DNA from: Octopus sinensis
Lineage: Eukaryota
Length of the DNA: 64,000 nucleotides
Assembly (NCBI RefSeq): GCF_006345805.1
Contig: NC_043007.1
Location: forward strand, 19,778,001 to 19,842,000
Direction: 5' to 3'
Shown piece after piece: positions 39,579 to 53,832 of this stretch. The stretch's first letter is position 1. Every line of letters starts with the position of its first letter. The notes beneath the pieces are model-generated. The model was not told where the DNA came from. It ran no database searches and saw only the letters and a program-made list of their open reading frames with translations. The position numbers and the translations under genes were made by a program.

Positions 39579-40976
39579 ACTAGCATTATGACCCGGCAAC
39601 GCCGGGTCATAGTGCTAGTTTGGTATAAATTTGTTAAATTAAAAATGTGTGGTAATAAAACATACAATGACATAATAAAAAGACGAATCAAAATTCCAGA
39701 GAAAAATACATAGAAGATAAATATACAAATTTACAAAAATACATAAAAGTTCATCTACGGAGATGCATCAATTAATATGAAACATATTATATATTTAAAA
39801 TTGACACTCCTCTCGTCAGGATGTTTTTTACACACAACACATAGTACACGGAAACAAATGCACAATTACATACCTGCTACATGCGAAAGACCAGACATTA
39901 CGTACTCCCCAAAATTCTCCTAAATACTGAATGCTGCTTTATAAGCAAATAATTCAATCTAGCAGCGATAGTAAATGGTATGAGCACATCTCCATCTGGA
40001 CTAATTCACTTCTGCACTCAATTAAATTTTTCATCTTTTAATTTCTCCCATTCATGCAAAGCCACATATTCGAGTTCAAGTCCTTGATACATTTTATACT
40101 AATTGCTATTTTTTTCTTTTAATTGTTATATAACGATTTAATTACCATTTTAATAAAATAAAATATATTTAATTACTACTTACTATATTTACTATATTTA
40201 ATTAAATTGTCATTATTACCTCTAACTTTTATTGCAATTTTTATTTCTAAATTTCTTATGGAACGTCGAGAGGATCTTATGCGTACAATATATTTTTATA
40301 TGAGGTTAATATATTTATATATTACTATATATTTCTAAACGTCGGTCTTTATGTCTGTTCTGTAGATATAAATGAATATATGAATATATGTATGTGTTTA
40401 ATCTTTCTGTGGATTTTGTAGTGCTTTTGTAGTTGCTGCTCGCATTGCCTCCCCACGGATTAAAAAGTGTATACAGCTCATTTGAGCACTACTATTCCAG
40501 TCTGTTATATATTTTGAGTGTTGTTGTCACTAACGATCTCAAGATATAACTTTATATTTTGTAATATATATATATACATCCATATACATACAATAGAGAG
40601 ATGTTTTTGTTTCACTTTTAACACGTAATACTGAAATAGTGGAGAAGATATGATACTACTGTGGGCTCGCTCTAACGCAAGAAGTTAAACATTTTTTTTG
40701 CCCATGACACTACATGGACCCTAAGTAAGGCATGTGTAAAATTTAAATGAAACTGGTTCTGTAGTTCTCAAGTTATAGGGAATCAGAGTGGAGAAGATAT
40801 GACATTACTGTGGGCTCGCCCTAGGCTAAAAGTTAAAAAACTTTTTTGCCGATGACACTCTCCGGACCCTAAGTAAGTCATATGTAAAATTTGAATGAAA
40901 TTGGTTGCGTAATTATCAAGTTTTAGGGAAACACACAGACAGACAGACACACATGCTCAGTTTTATATATAGAGAG

Positions 40977-40978
<2 letters not shown>
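39579..40978 (+). mobile_element. Non-autonomous Helitron-like (HINE/DINE-1/Lep1-type) element
   Basis: Starts ACTAGC...ACCCGGC-aac-GCCGGGT...GCTAGT (hairpin) after a TA run. Ends aaatttgaatgaaattggttgcg...cacacagacagacagac...ttttatatatagagagat, the 3' architecture of this element class as I recall it. Contains a 149-bp internal tandem duplication. Confidence 0.7.
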
Positions 40979-41009
<31 letters not shown>

Positions 41010-42094
41010 TGTATGTATGTATTATGTATGTATGTATGTATGTATGTATGTATGTATGTATGTATGCATGTATGTGTTTGTGTGTGTGTGTATATATAAT
41101 CCTATATATACTCCCTTAAGTTAGGCATCTACTTTTAGCTATTTTTAACTAGACTTACTGACCACTGAAGTAAATATTCTTTCTGACCACACCGAACCCA
41201 GAATTCATCTATTTAATTAATAGCCATAAATACCTTCCTTCTTCACTTTACCAAAACCTTAACCCTTGACCTCTCACCCCGAACCGATCCTAACGAAGAC
41301 TAATACTGGCATCTTGTCTTTATCTTTATTTTTATTTTTCATTTTTATTTTACTTTCGTTCTAATTCGTCCGTTCTCGCATCTATCCCATTCTTTTCTTT
41401 TTCACTCTTTCTTCTCTCTTCTCTTCACTCACAACCTGTATCTGTCTATCATGATGTCCGTCTTTCTTGCTCTGTATCCCTACATGGACCATTTTCATAC
41501 TAGCTAACCACAATCTTATTTCTTTACTACCCACAAGGGGCTAAACATAGAGAGGACAAACGAGGACAGACAAAGGGATTAAGTTGATTACATCGACTCC
41601 AGTGCGTGACTGGTACTTAATTTATCGACCCCGAAAGGATGAAAGGCAAAGTCGACCTCGACGGAATTTGAACTCAGAACGTAGCGGCAGACGAAATACC
41701 TATTTCTAACAATATGATTCCGGGACTGAACCCAGAACCATATTGTTAGGAAGCAAGCTTCTTACCACACAGCCACTCCTGTGCCTACAATGATAAAATA
41801 TTGATGAACTTTTTTAAAAATTACTTTAAAATACAAAAAAAATTAATTAAAATAATTGAAAGGCATGTGACATAAAATGAGATATGAATTATTGATAATG
41901 AATGGTAAGTAAAATGAAAAATAGGAAATATGGCTGAGTCCAATTAAGACATTTGAGAATTAAAACAAATTGAAGTTATTTGTTCTCATCATGTTTCTTG
42001 CTAGCACAGCGTTTCGGCTGATATGCTCTACAGCTTTCATCAGGTGTCTTAGGGAAATTTCAACCTGGGTCCTCATTCCTAAAGTATTTTTCGA

Positions 42095-42144
<50 letters not shown>

Positions 42145-42406
42145 GAAACGTTAGCACCCCGGGCGAAACGCTTAGTAGCATTCCGTCTGTCTTTACGTTC
42201 CGAGTTCGAATTCCGCCGAGGTCGTCTTTCGGGGTCGATAAATTAAGTACCAGTTACGTACCGGGGTCGATCTAATCGGCTGGCCCCCTCCCCCAAAATT
42301 CTGAGCCTTGTGCCTAGAGTAGAAATAATAATAATAATAACAATAATAATAATTATTATTATTATTATTATGATCATTATGATTATTATTATTATTACTA
42401 TTATTA

Positions 42407-42476
<70 letters not shown>

Positions 42477-42919
42477 CATTATTATTATTATTATTCAGGT
42501 CACTGCCTGGAATCGAACTCGGAATTTGGGGTTAGTAGCCCGTGCTCTTAACCAAGCATATGGCGTAGTGATTCTTAGGTTAAAATTTGTGGAGGATGGT
42601 GAAGCAGAAAATAACAAAATCCAGTCGTCTGATTCAGCGAATTTCATATCTGGTGCCGCGGAATGTGCTTCAACCCTCGTGTTTCTGGCGACCAACGTTT
42701 TAAAGTGTACTTAGTGTTTGTAAGAGTAAGGGCTGAATGACTCGCTCTTGACATTAATTATACGTGTGGTGGGGTGTGGTGTGGTGTAATGTTCTTTTTT
42801 ATCAATAAAAGACATTTACCTTTCTACGATATTGTGTACATACGTATATTACAACACACACACCATATATATATACACGTATATATACATATATATATAT
42901 ATATACACACACACACATA

Positions 42920-42974
<55 letters not shown>

Positions 42975-43010
42975 GCACTCATGTATATATATTTACACAC
43001 ACACACACAC

Positions 43011-43049
<39 letters not shown>

Positions 43050-43075
43050 CACCACACCACACACACACCACATAT

Positions 43076-43107
<32 letters not shown>

Positions 43108-43158
43108 GTATGTATATATATACATATGTATATATGTATATATATATATATATGTATG

Positions 43159-43198
<40 letters not shown>

Positions 43199-43199
43199 C

Positions 43200-43249
<50 letters not shown>

Positions 43250-43527
43250 ATATGTGGTGTATATATATAATGTATGTATATATGTATATGTATGAATGTA
43301 AAATGTCTGTGTGTCACTCGGAGCATTTCAGTTCAAAATATGACTGTTCTTTGCAGATTCAGTCTGGTGCTTCGAAAATAAAAAATTCAACACACACAAT
43401 AAAAAAAAAAAAAAATCATCGTAGTCTTCATCCTCTTCCTCTTCTTCTTATTGTTGTTCTTCTTCTACCGTGGTCGTCATCGTGATCGTTGTACTCATGA
43501 TGACGACGACGATGATGATGATGACGG

Positions 43528-43565
<38 letters not shown>

Positions 43566-43735
43566 GTGATGATAATGATGGTGATGATGGTGATGATAGT
43601 GATGATGATGATGATGACGATGGTGATGATGATGATGATAATGATGATGATGACGATGATGATGATGATGATGATGATGATGACGATGATGATGATGATG
43701 ATGATGACGATGATGACGATGATGATGATGATGAC

Positions 43736-43777
<42 letters not shown>

Positions 43778-44004
43778 GAACAAAAACAGGAAGAGCAACG
43801 ATGATGACGATGATAGGAGGAAAAATGTCTTTATTTGCCAAACAAGCTTCTCCGCTCCAACCCCGACATTGCGAAAAAAAGATGTATAAATAAAAGAGAC
43901 TTTTGGAAAAAAGAACTTTTGCAAGCATAACAAAAATAATGTTTATATGTTTGTTAGAAGGTTGTACAAATAATACGCCATGTGTACATATCAATGTATG
44001 TATG

Positions 44005-44038
<34 letters not shown>

Positions 44039-44056
44039 TGTATGTATGTATGTATG

Positions 44057-44090
<34 letters not shown>

Positions 44091-44203
44091 TTATATGTAT
44101 ATATATATAATATATGTATATGTATGTATATATATATATATAAGTATGTATGTATCTATGTATTATATGTATGTAGTATATATGTATATATAATATATAT
44201 ATA

Positions 44204-44249
<46 letters not shown>

Positions 44250-44394
44250 TAATGTATGTAGTATGTATGTATGTATGTATGTATGTATGTGTGTGTGTTG
44301 TATAAAAAGAGATACCACCAGCGAATCAGCTACGTAACCTGTTTGTATGTTATGCAATTACTACGAACAAAACAACCAATCTAATAATAATAAC

Positions 44395-44438
<44 letters not shown>

Positions 44439-44449
44439 TAAAAATAATA

Positions 44450-44499
<50 letters not shown>

Positions 44500-44648
44500 A
44501 ATAACGACAATAACAACAGCAACAAGAATACAAATATGTACCTTTTGTTTATTTTTCGTCTGTAATTGTTTTTTGCCTTTTTCAGCTCCTCCCTCAATAC
44601 CAAACTTCCCAAACTCCTGCAACACTTGTTCCCAACCCCGCCTCCACA

Positions 44649-44697
<49 letters not shown>

Positions 44698-45012
44698 CAC
44701 ACGCACACGCACGCAAACATGCACGCTCACACACGCACACACTAACACACTCACATTCACACACACACACACATCTATCTATCTATCTATCTATATACAT
44801 ATATACATATGAATGTATATATATATACACATACACACATATATAGACAATATACACTTATTCATATATACATATGTGTATTTTCATATATATATATATA
44901 ATATATGTATATCTTCATATATATATCTATATATATATATATATATATATATTCGTATATATATATTCGTAAATATATATATATATTCGTGTATATATAT
45001 ATATATATATCG

Positions 45013-45043
<31 letters not shown>

Positions 45044-45052
45044 GATATATTC

Positions 45053-45090
<38 letters not shown>

Positions 45091-45387
45091 GAAATGAAAT
45101 AGAATAAGGAAAATCATATTTAAATAATAAACCATAAGCCTGTGTAAGAAGCGATATACATTTTCCCCAAGTACAACAATAAAAAATTCACATTTCCCCC
45201 CTAAACACTGGTAAACAATTTTGAAAAACACGCTACGCGTTATGTGTATTGCGACCGAGTTCTTTGCTTGAACTAAACTTTACTTTACGAGATTAGATTA
45301 GAGCCGATTAGGGTTGCAATTTCTTTCAATACATTAGAAGATTCTACCATTGAGATTGATGCATGCATACATACATACAAACATAAA

Positions 45388-45419
<32 letters not shown>

Positions 45420-45516
45420 GCTCAATCCAAACTTTGTTTTCACATGATATACATACATACATACATACATACATACTACATGCATGCATACATACATACA
45501 TACATACATACATACA

Positions 45517-45549
<33 letters not shown>

Positions 45550-45667
45550 TTATTTTATATATAATTATTGTTTAGAAGAAGTAACAGAATGACTCGTGGT
45601 CGGAGAGTTTCGTGTATTGGCACTGAGTGCTAACGTACGAATCTTTCGGTACTTGAGTCACTGTGCT

Positions 45668-45740
<73 letters not shown>

Positions 45741-45837
45741 ATATTATAATATAATATATACATATATATATATACTATACATACATACATACATACATAA
45801 CATACATATATATATAATATTTATATAGAAAATTTGT

Positions 45838-46213
<376 letters not shown>

Positions 46214-46559
46214 CATATATATATATCATATATAGGTTATGAGATGAGAGGTAATGGTGAGACAAAAGTGTCAGGTAATGGCTGAATAAGTGCTATGGAT
46301 AGACCATAGTTAAGTTCCAGATTCGATGATTATGCGAATAAGGAGACCATCGTAGGTCATATATCAGGCCTTACAGCTGTTTCCGGGATATTTATTATAT
46401 TCCTTTATCGGAAACATTTCGCATCTTATCTAGAATAACTATTGCTTAACCATTCTGTCACGCCGTCTCCGATGAAGAGATATAATAAATATCCCGGAAC
46501 GCTAAATGGATTTCCGTGTATTCGTGGATTTCCAGATGTGTCTCCATTAATACGATCGG

Positions 46560-46850
46560 TTTTCGTTGTCAAATTGTTCTTGGTAGCCGATACGTGTGGA
46601 CTACCCCCGTTTCTCTCATCCTTGCCGTCCTACAATCTTCCGAAGCGTTTCTTGTGGATATTCATGACAGTTCCACCCGTTTCGAACTTGTCTCTAATTC
46701 GAGTGGTGGTCAGTGGCGTAGGTGGGTCAGTTTGAAAATCCTTCCTCAGCTGTTTTTGCTCTTCGTCAGCAATTTAAAAAATTCTCCAGAGGCATTTCAG
46801 CACAAATTTGCTTTGTTGAAAGATTCGTCTGACTGCTTTCATTATTTCTA
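46560..46850 (-). mobile_element. Tc1/mariner-superfamily transposase N-terminal fragment (DUF4817-like HTH)
   Basis: QQSKFVLKCLW...QKQLRKDFQTDPPTPLTTTRIRDKFETGGTVMNIHKKRFGR fits the PP-x-x-x-TI-x-RI-x-x-KFE-x-x-G-x-V...SGRP pattern; contains in-frame stops. Confidence 0.6.
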
Positions 46851-46929
46851 ATGGGTTCAATCTGAAAAGAAATGAAAATTATTTAAGCTAGCAAGTGTGA
46901 AAGGGTGTATACATCTTCTGTGAACACCT

Positions 46930-46960
<31 letters not shown>

Positions 46961-47148
46961 ATATGAACATGTCTGTATATAAGTAGTTATATGTATGTGT
47001 GTGTATATGTATATATATATGTATATGTATATATGTATATGTATATATATGTATATATATGTTTATGTATATATATATGTATATGGATATATATGTATAT
47101 GGATATATATGTATATATATGTTTATGTATATATATGTTTATGTATTA

Positions 47149-47195
<47 letters not shown>

Positions 47196-49356
47196 TGTAC
47201 ATGTATGAATGTATAGGTTGGTGTACAGAGAAATACAGTCATTTATATGCACACACAAACGCACACACATGCACACACGCGCGCGCACGCACACAGTCTC
47301 ACACACACACACACACAGCTAGACAGACGCACACGCACAGACACACTCATATACGCACACACACATACGCGCGAGCACGCATTGCTTTTGCGTGTCATAA
47401 ATAGTAAAACGGTAGACTTAAACGTTTTTGAAGTATTTAATAATAATTTACATCACACAATGGCCAAATTGTTATATATTTTTTTCCCCTCATTTGTTTT
47501 ACAATTCTTCAAATAATGTTTAGAAAGCTCTTTTACTCTTCAACTTCCTGTCCGATTTTTTCCGCCATTTTACGAACGCGGTCGTCTGGTCAATGAACCC
47601 TCGCTTTCATTATGCTAAAAGCAGCCAAGGTACGGCATTATTGCTATTAGCAGTATTCATAGTAGTACCATAATGATTATAGTTGTTTTTTGTCGTAGTC
47701 CTACCAGTAATAGTATTTTGGTGTCCGTTTTTGTAATGGCGGCGGTGATAGTACTAGCGAATAGGTTCTTCATAGCCGCGTTGTAAGTTACGCTTGCTGA
47801 TGCATACAGATGTGGCGAGGGCGTTGTTGCTGGCGGTTGATGTTATTAGTAGCGGTGATGGACGTGTTGGTTGTGCTTGTTGGTGGCCATGGTGGAAGCG
47901 GTTGTGGTGGTGACGTTGGTGGCGGTCGTTGAAGCAGAAGAGTCGTTGATAGTGTTAATAGATATCTATATAAGGCCACGAGCTGCCGGAATCGTTAGCA
48001 TACCCGACAAAGTGCTTAGCGGCATTTCATCTCTTTACTCTTTTACTCTTTTACTTGTTTCAGTTATTTGACTGCAGCCATGCTGGAACACCGCCTTTAG
48101 TCGAGCAGATCGCCTAGTACTTATTCCATCGGGCTCTTTGCCGAACCGCTAGGTTACGGGGACGCAAACACACCAGTGTCGGTTGTCAAGCGATGTTGAG
48201 GGGTCAAACACAGACACACAAACACACACACCACACATACATATACATATATACGACGGGCTTCTTTCAGTTTCCGTCTACCAAATCCACTCACAAGGCT
48301 TTGGTCAACCTGAGGCTATAGTGGAAGACACTTGCCCAAGGTGCCACGCAGTGGTACTGAACCCGGAACCATGTAGTTGGTAAGCAAGCTACTTACCACA
48401 CAGCCACTTCTGTGCCTATCTGTCCTTTTTTTTGTTTTTTTTGTCTGAGTTCAAATGCCACCGAACTCGAATATGCCTTTCATTCTATCTGAATCAATAA
48501 AATAAAAACCAATTAAAATCTGGGGATCGATGTAATCGATTAGGCCCTTCTCTGAAATTGCTGGCCTTGAGCCAAAATTTGAAGCTTATGTTAGACGTTC
48601 ATGTAAGGTAGCGAAATTGCAGAATCGTTAAAGACCGGACAAAATGCTTAACACCATTTCGTCCGGCTTAACGTTCTGAGTTTAGATGCTGCTGAGGTCG
48701 ACTTTGCTTTTCATCTTTTCTGGCTCGATAAAATAAGTAGGAGGTGAACACAAGGATCGATTAAATCTATCTAGCCCCTCCCACGGAATTGTTGGCCTTC
48801 GACCAAAATTTGAAAGCAATGTCAGATGACAGTATGGGTGGTGCTAGTGGTTGTGGTGGTAGTGGTGCTCATAGAGGAGTAGTAGTAGTCGTAGTATTAG
48901 TAGTAGTAGGGTCGATTAAATTAGTACCAGTTACGAATACTCTTTTACTCTTTTACTTGTTTCAGTCATTTGACTGCGGCCATGCTGGAGCACCGCCTTT
49001 AGTCGAGCAAATCGACCCCAGGGCTTATTCTTTGTAAGCCTAGTACTTATTATATCGGTCTCTTTTGCCGAACCACTAAGTTACAGGCACGTAAACACAC
49101 TAGCATCGGTTGTCAAGCGATGTTTGGGGGACAAACACAGACACACAAACATACACACGCATATATACATGTATATACATATATACGACGGGCTTCTTTC
49201 AGTTTCCGTCTACCAAATCCACTCACAAGGCTTTGGTCGGTCCGAGGCTATAGTAGAAGACACTTGCCCAAGTTGCCACGCAGTGGGACTGAACCCGGAA
49301 CCATGTGGTTGGTAAGCAAGCTACTTACCACACAGCCACTCCTACGCCCATATATA

Positions 49357-49649
49357 GTCTTTGCACTTTGACAATTTCTCCACTTCTTTTTTGACAATAT
49401 TTTGCTCAGAAGGAACTGCAACGTCTATCAGTAAGCAGGTGTTTTTTTCCCAATCCTTGGCTACTATGTCTGGGCAATTAGCTTTTGTTTCTTTATCTCT
49501 TTGAACCGGCATATCTCAGATGATTGTGGCCTGGTCGTTGTCTTGTATCTTGTTTGACACACGCTTATATCACCGATTGTCAGTTTTAATGTTGTAATGT
49601 TGGCATATTGTCCAGTGGATAGAACTGCTTACTTTGTCGTGTCTGTATA
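49357..49649 (-). mobile_element. R4/Dong-like endonuclease (RLE) fragment
   Basis: YRHDKVSSSIHWTICQHYNI...ANCPDIVAKDWEKNTCLLIDVAVPSEQNIVKKEVEKLSKCKD (RHD, PD, D-x-x-VP, K-x-x-K motifs). 5' side abuts an (ATT)n tract; 3' side abuts a SINE. Confidence 0.8.
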
Positions 49650-49753
49650 TTATTATTGTTATTATTATCATTATTAATATATAAAGGATCGAGTCAACTC
49701 CTCCTGAAGATATAGAATTAAGATTCATCTTTTAGTAGTCTGTACTTTTAAAT

Positions 49754-49809
<56 letters not shown>

Positions 49810-49810
49810 G

Positions 49811-49850
<40 letters not shown>

Positions 49851-49888
49851 CAACCACCACCACTACTACTACTAGTAGTAGTAGTAGT

Positions 49889-49966
<78 letters not shown>

Positions 49967-50689
49967 TATTGTTGTTCATGCTGAACTTCTAGCTTCAGGA
50001 TAACATTTCTTATTTTATAGGTTTTTTTATTTGTCATTGTTATTATTTAGACAATATGATGAAACATTTGAACAATGACCCTATTTCCGTGGGGTTGACA
50101 GACAGTTGTTTTGAGGAATATTTTAAAATATTTGTAGTTTTGTAAAATATTCTTTGCAAGTGATTAAATATGGCTTCTTATGGAAAAGCGGCAAGGTTTG
50201 TCAGACTCGAACATCGAAGGTACGAATATGTTTCTCCGAGCAAAATTTAGAAAGCAAGAATAAATACAAAAAAACAAATATAAAAAAATGATTAAAACTG
50301 AACAAGCTGAGAGTTACAAACAGACGTTTATACGTTAATGAATAACGAAGGAAGAACGTAACGATAACTTTAATGATAACATTGGGAATAAAAACTGCTG
50401 CAACAACAGATTTTCTCGTGAGGCACTGCTCAGGCGTTATCAATGACACTAGAATAAAAACGTGGGAGACGTGCGTTACAAACGACAGTGCCTCCTTTCT
50501 CAAAGTAGTCATCGAGGAAAGAACAAGAAGGGAAGTAATCGAGGGGTTACTTATATGCGCACGAAGTAACGGTTTTAAGCTACACTAGCTGATGACGAGT
50601 CGTAAAATGAACGCTCAGTCGAATGGAACCGGATGTATGTAAGTATATAATTTGTCTTTAGTAGTGAAGATGAGGCAAGGTGATAGGTG

Positions 50690-50995
50690 AAGCTGGTGCA
50701 TTAAAACCCATAGGTTTGTGCCCTGTTGTAGTCAGGCTACCATTGCTATGACTTCATTGGTGTTGTCTGATGAAGTCGTAATGTCTCGTGGTGCGTCTTT
50801 GTTTTACAGTGCTTATTCTCTGTTCGTCGATTTTTGCGATGGCTGTAAAGAAGGAACATCGTGCTTCCGTGAAATTCTGTTTTCTGCTGGGGGAAAATGG
50901 TGGCCGAAACAGTTGTCACGCTTCGAACAGCTTACAAAGACACTGCCATAAGCAAGACACAAGTTTACGAGTGGTTTTTACGCTTTAGGAAGGTG
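50690..50995 (+). mobile_element. Mariner transposase 5' fragment
   Basis: With one frameshift: MAVKKEHRASVKFCFLLG...AETVVTLRTAYKDTAISKTQVYEWFLRFRK, the mariner N-terminal helix-turn-helix pattern. Confidence 0.75.
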
Positions 50996-51902
50996 CACGG
51001 CGACAGGACAGTGAAAGTATCTCATCTGCCGGGATCGAGTGGTTTGGCGTGAATCCTCATAGATCAGTTCGTTCAATTGACTCTCATTCCACTGAACAGC
51101 CCGGCCGCAACACAGATTGTCTTTGAAGTTGCATTTCTATTTCTTTACTACCCACAAGGGGCTAAACACAGAGAGGACAAACAAGAACAAACGGATTAAG
51201 TCGATTACATCGACTCCAGTGCGTAACTGGTACTTAATTTATCGACACCGAAAGGATGAAAAGCACAGTCGACCTCGGCGGAATTTGAACTCAAAACGTA
51301 ACGGCAGACGAAATACCTATTTCTATTTCTTTACGACCCACAAGGGGCTAAACACAGAGAAGACAAACAAGGACAGACAAACGGATTAAGTCGATTAGAT
51401 CGACCCCAGTGCGTAACTGGTACTTATTTAATCGACCCCGAAAGGATGAAAGGCACAGTCGACCTCGGCGGAATTTGAACTCAGAACGTAGCGGCATACG
51501 AAATACCGCTAAGCACTTCGCCCGGCGTGCTAACGTTTCTGCCAGCTCGCCGCCTTTAACCTTCCTCAGTTTCTGTCACGTGCTGTTAACAATGTTCGAC
51601 AAGAGAGATAACTCTCTGTGTATAAAACCTCGTAGCACATCTCAGAATATCACATTTATCCTCCCCAATCCATTTGCAACACCTTCATTTTATTAATATC
51701 TGGGTTCAGAGTGCTTATAAGTGACATAATTATTTTTTTTATATATATAGTCAGTTGCGAATGACAGTAAACATTAGCAGAAGCTTAATAGAAAAAATCT
51801 GCTTCACGAACGCAAATTCATTTTCCGCCATTTTAAAGTGGAATATTCCATTTTCTGGCTTTACACCCCTCCCTGCTTTGCTTCCATTGTTCTTTCATGC
51901 AG

Positions 51903-52012
51903 ACAATGAAGTAATTTCAAGAATTCGCTTCGTCTCCGTAAACCAGGAAAAACAAAAGAAGAATTCCGAATATCAAAAAGACCAATTACAAAAGAATGCT
52001 GAGATTAAATAA
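51903..52012 (+). CDS. Candidate terminal coding exon, unknown product
   Basis: Long polypyrimidine acceptor ccctccctgctttgcttccattgttctttcatgcag, then (D)NEVISRIRFVSVNQEKQKKNSEYQKDQLQKNAEIK* (TAA at 52010-52012). No upstream partner exon or homology recognised. Confidence 0.3.
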
Positions 52013-52890
52013 AAGTTTTCATCAGATGTTTTCAAAAGGAGGATAAAAATCTTATTTTGCTTTTAAATATAAATCAGTTTCCAGTTGTATAAACTTACTT
52101 CTTTGAAAACAAGGAGCAAAGAATTAATTTAGGAACGGTAGCCTGCCTTTAAGGAGGGTCTTTCATGGAGAAGGAATGGCTGAGGGATTAGTTAATGCTG
52201 ATATACAGTATAATACTTGTCTGTAGAAGTTTTCGCTCAGGAATAATCGGCGTTGTTTACCATTGATCCAAGCTATATTCAAAGTGTGGAGGCGCAATGG
52301 CCCAATGGTTAGGGCAGCGGACTCACGGTCGTAGGATCGCGGTTTCGATTCCCAGACCGGGCGTTGTGAGTGTTTATTGAGCGAAAACACCTAAAGCTCC
52401 ACGAGTCCCCGGCAGGGTGGTGGTGGCGATCCCTGCTGTACTCTTTCGCCACAACTTTCTCTCACTCTTTCTTCTGTCGGCCTGCTCGCTTAGCCAGCGG
52501 GGTGGCGTCATCTGAAGGCTAAATCAATGCGAAGCGCATTGTGACCAGCGATGTGTAGCAACATCTGATAGCCTGGTCGGTCACGGTGATCACGGGGATA
52601 TTCAAAGTACGTAATTGGGAAAGAACCAGACAAGATACAAGTTTTATGTTCATTATTCGCAAGGCGGCGTGCTGGCAGAATCGTTAGCACATCGGACACT
52701 ATCAATACTAGCAGTATTTCGTTTGTCTTTACGTTCTGAGTTCAAATTCCGCCGAGGTCGAATTTCCTTTTCGTCCTTTCGGGGTCGATAAATTAAGTAC
52801 CACTGAAGCACTGGGGGTCGGTGTAATCGACTAGTCCCCTTCCTCCAAATTTCAGGCCTTGTGCCTATAGTAGAAAGGATTATTATTATT

Positions 52891-53832
52891 CAGTAGTCCT
52901 ATCCTATTTTTATCATGTGCTTTCACTGCACTACCAAGCGTAGCTCTGAGTGCCTTGAGCATCTGCTGTGGTTTGTTTTGGTGTTATTTCCACTTTATTG
53001 AAAGTGTTTTACGTAGGGTGTGTGCGGGGCTTGGTAGTGCTATTTTCTGAATGCTGTATATATTTGTAACTTCTGGTGTTTTGATTATGTATATTTACAG
53101 ATATATTTTTATCTTTGGGAACACTTACATCTATTAGTCTACAAGTATTTTCTTCCCTGTCTTTAATGGCTATGTCTGGTCGATTAGCCTGGATCGTTCT
53201 GTCAGTGTTGACTGGAAAATTCCAGAGGATAGTGACATTTTTGCCTTCAACGACTGGCTCAGGATGACGTTCATACCGGTAAGCAGGAGTGTTGATTTTG
53301 TAGTGTTTACATGTTTACCATTTTAAATACTGTCCTACCCTATCGTGGCAATTTTTGTATTCGTTTGGTGTCAGCACAGGACATTCCGAAACGAGACGGT
53401 CTATTGTTTCGTCAAATTTGAAGAACGTTAGCCCGGTAGTTTTTGGCAAGCTAGCTTTGATTTTGTACCTATTTCTTTACTACCCACAAAGGGTTAAACA
53501 CAGAGGGGACAAACAAGGACAGACAAACGGATTAAGTCGATTATATCGCCGCCAGTGCGTAACTGGTACTTAATTTATCGACCCCGAAAGGATGAAAGGC
53601 AAAGTCGACCTCGGCGGAATTTGAACTAAGAACGTAACTTAGACGAAATACGGCTACGCATTTCGCCCGGCGTGCTAACATTTCACCCATATCGCCGCTA
53701 GCTTTGATTTTGTACCACCAATACGAAACCTTCAGTCTCTGCTTTCATTCCTGAGCTTCTCAGCCACCGATGGATTATTGCTTGGTCTACGTCAGCATTT
53801 CGGCTTTGAAGTATCTACTGTCCATGTATATA
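52891..53832 (-). mobile_element. 5'-truncated R4/Dong-like LINE (post-RT region + RLE + 3' UTR), interrupted by a SINE
   Basis: HGQ...WLRSSGMKAETEGF...QNQS, then ETIDRLVSECPVL...HDRVGQYLKW...VTILWNFPVNTDRTIQANRPDIAIKDREENTCRLIDVSVPKD. Both ends border (ATT)n tracts. A SINE is inserted at 53470-53696. Confidence 0.88.
53470..53696 (-). mobile_element. SINE family A copy with 20-bp target-site duplication
   Basis: Identical gctagctttgattttgtacc at 53450-53469 and 53697-53716 flanks the copy. Other A/B-type copies at about 18720-18885, 22955-23335, 31257-31500, 35930-36275, 37935-38080, 41516-41700, 42145-42325, 48440-48800, 51126-51555, 52665-52878, 56355-56570. Confidence 0.92.

Noticed and set aside
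39860-40090. Helitron helicase remnant inside the HINE-like element (QGLELEYV, FACSR)
   Set aside because: Motif resemblance is weak, out of register and interrupted by stops.
47540-47580. YY1/ETS-like promoter motifs (cttcctg, ccgccatttt; also 51825-51834) with ATG GCG starts on the minus strand
   Set aside because: Both reading frames stop within 11-26 codons with no convincing donor; short motifs alone are not enough to call a promoter.
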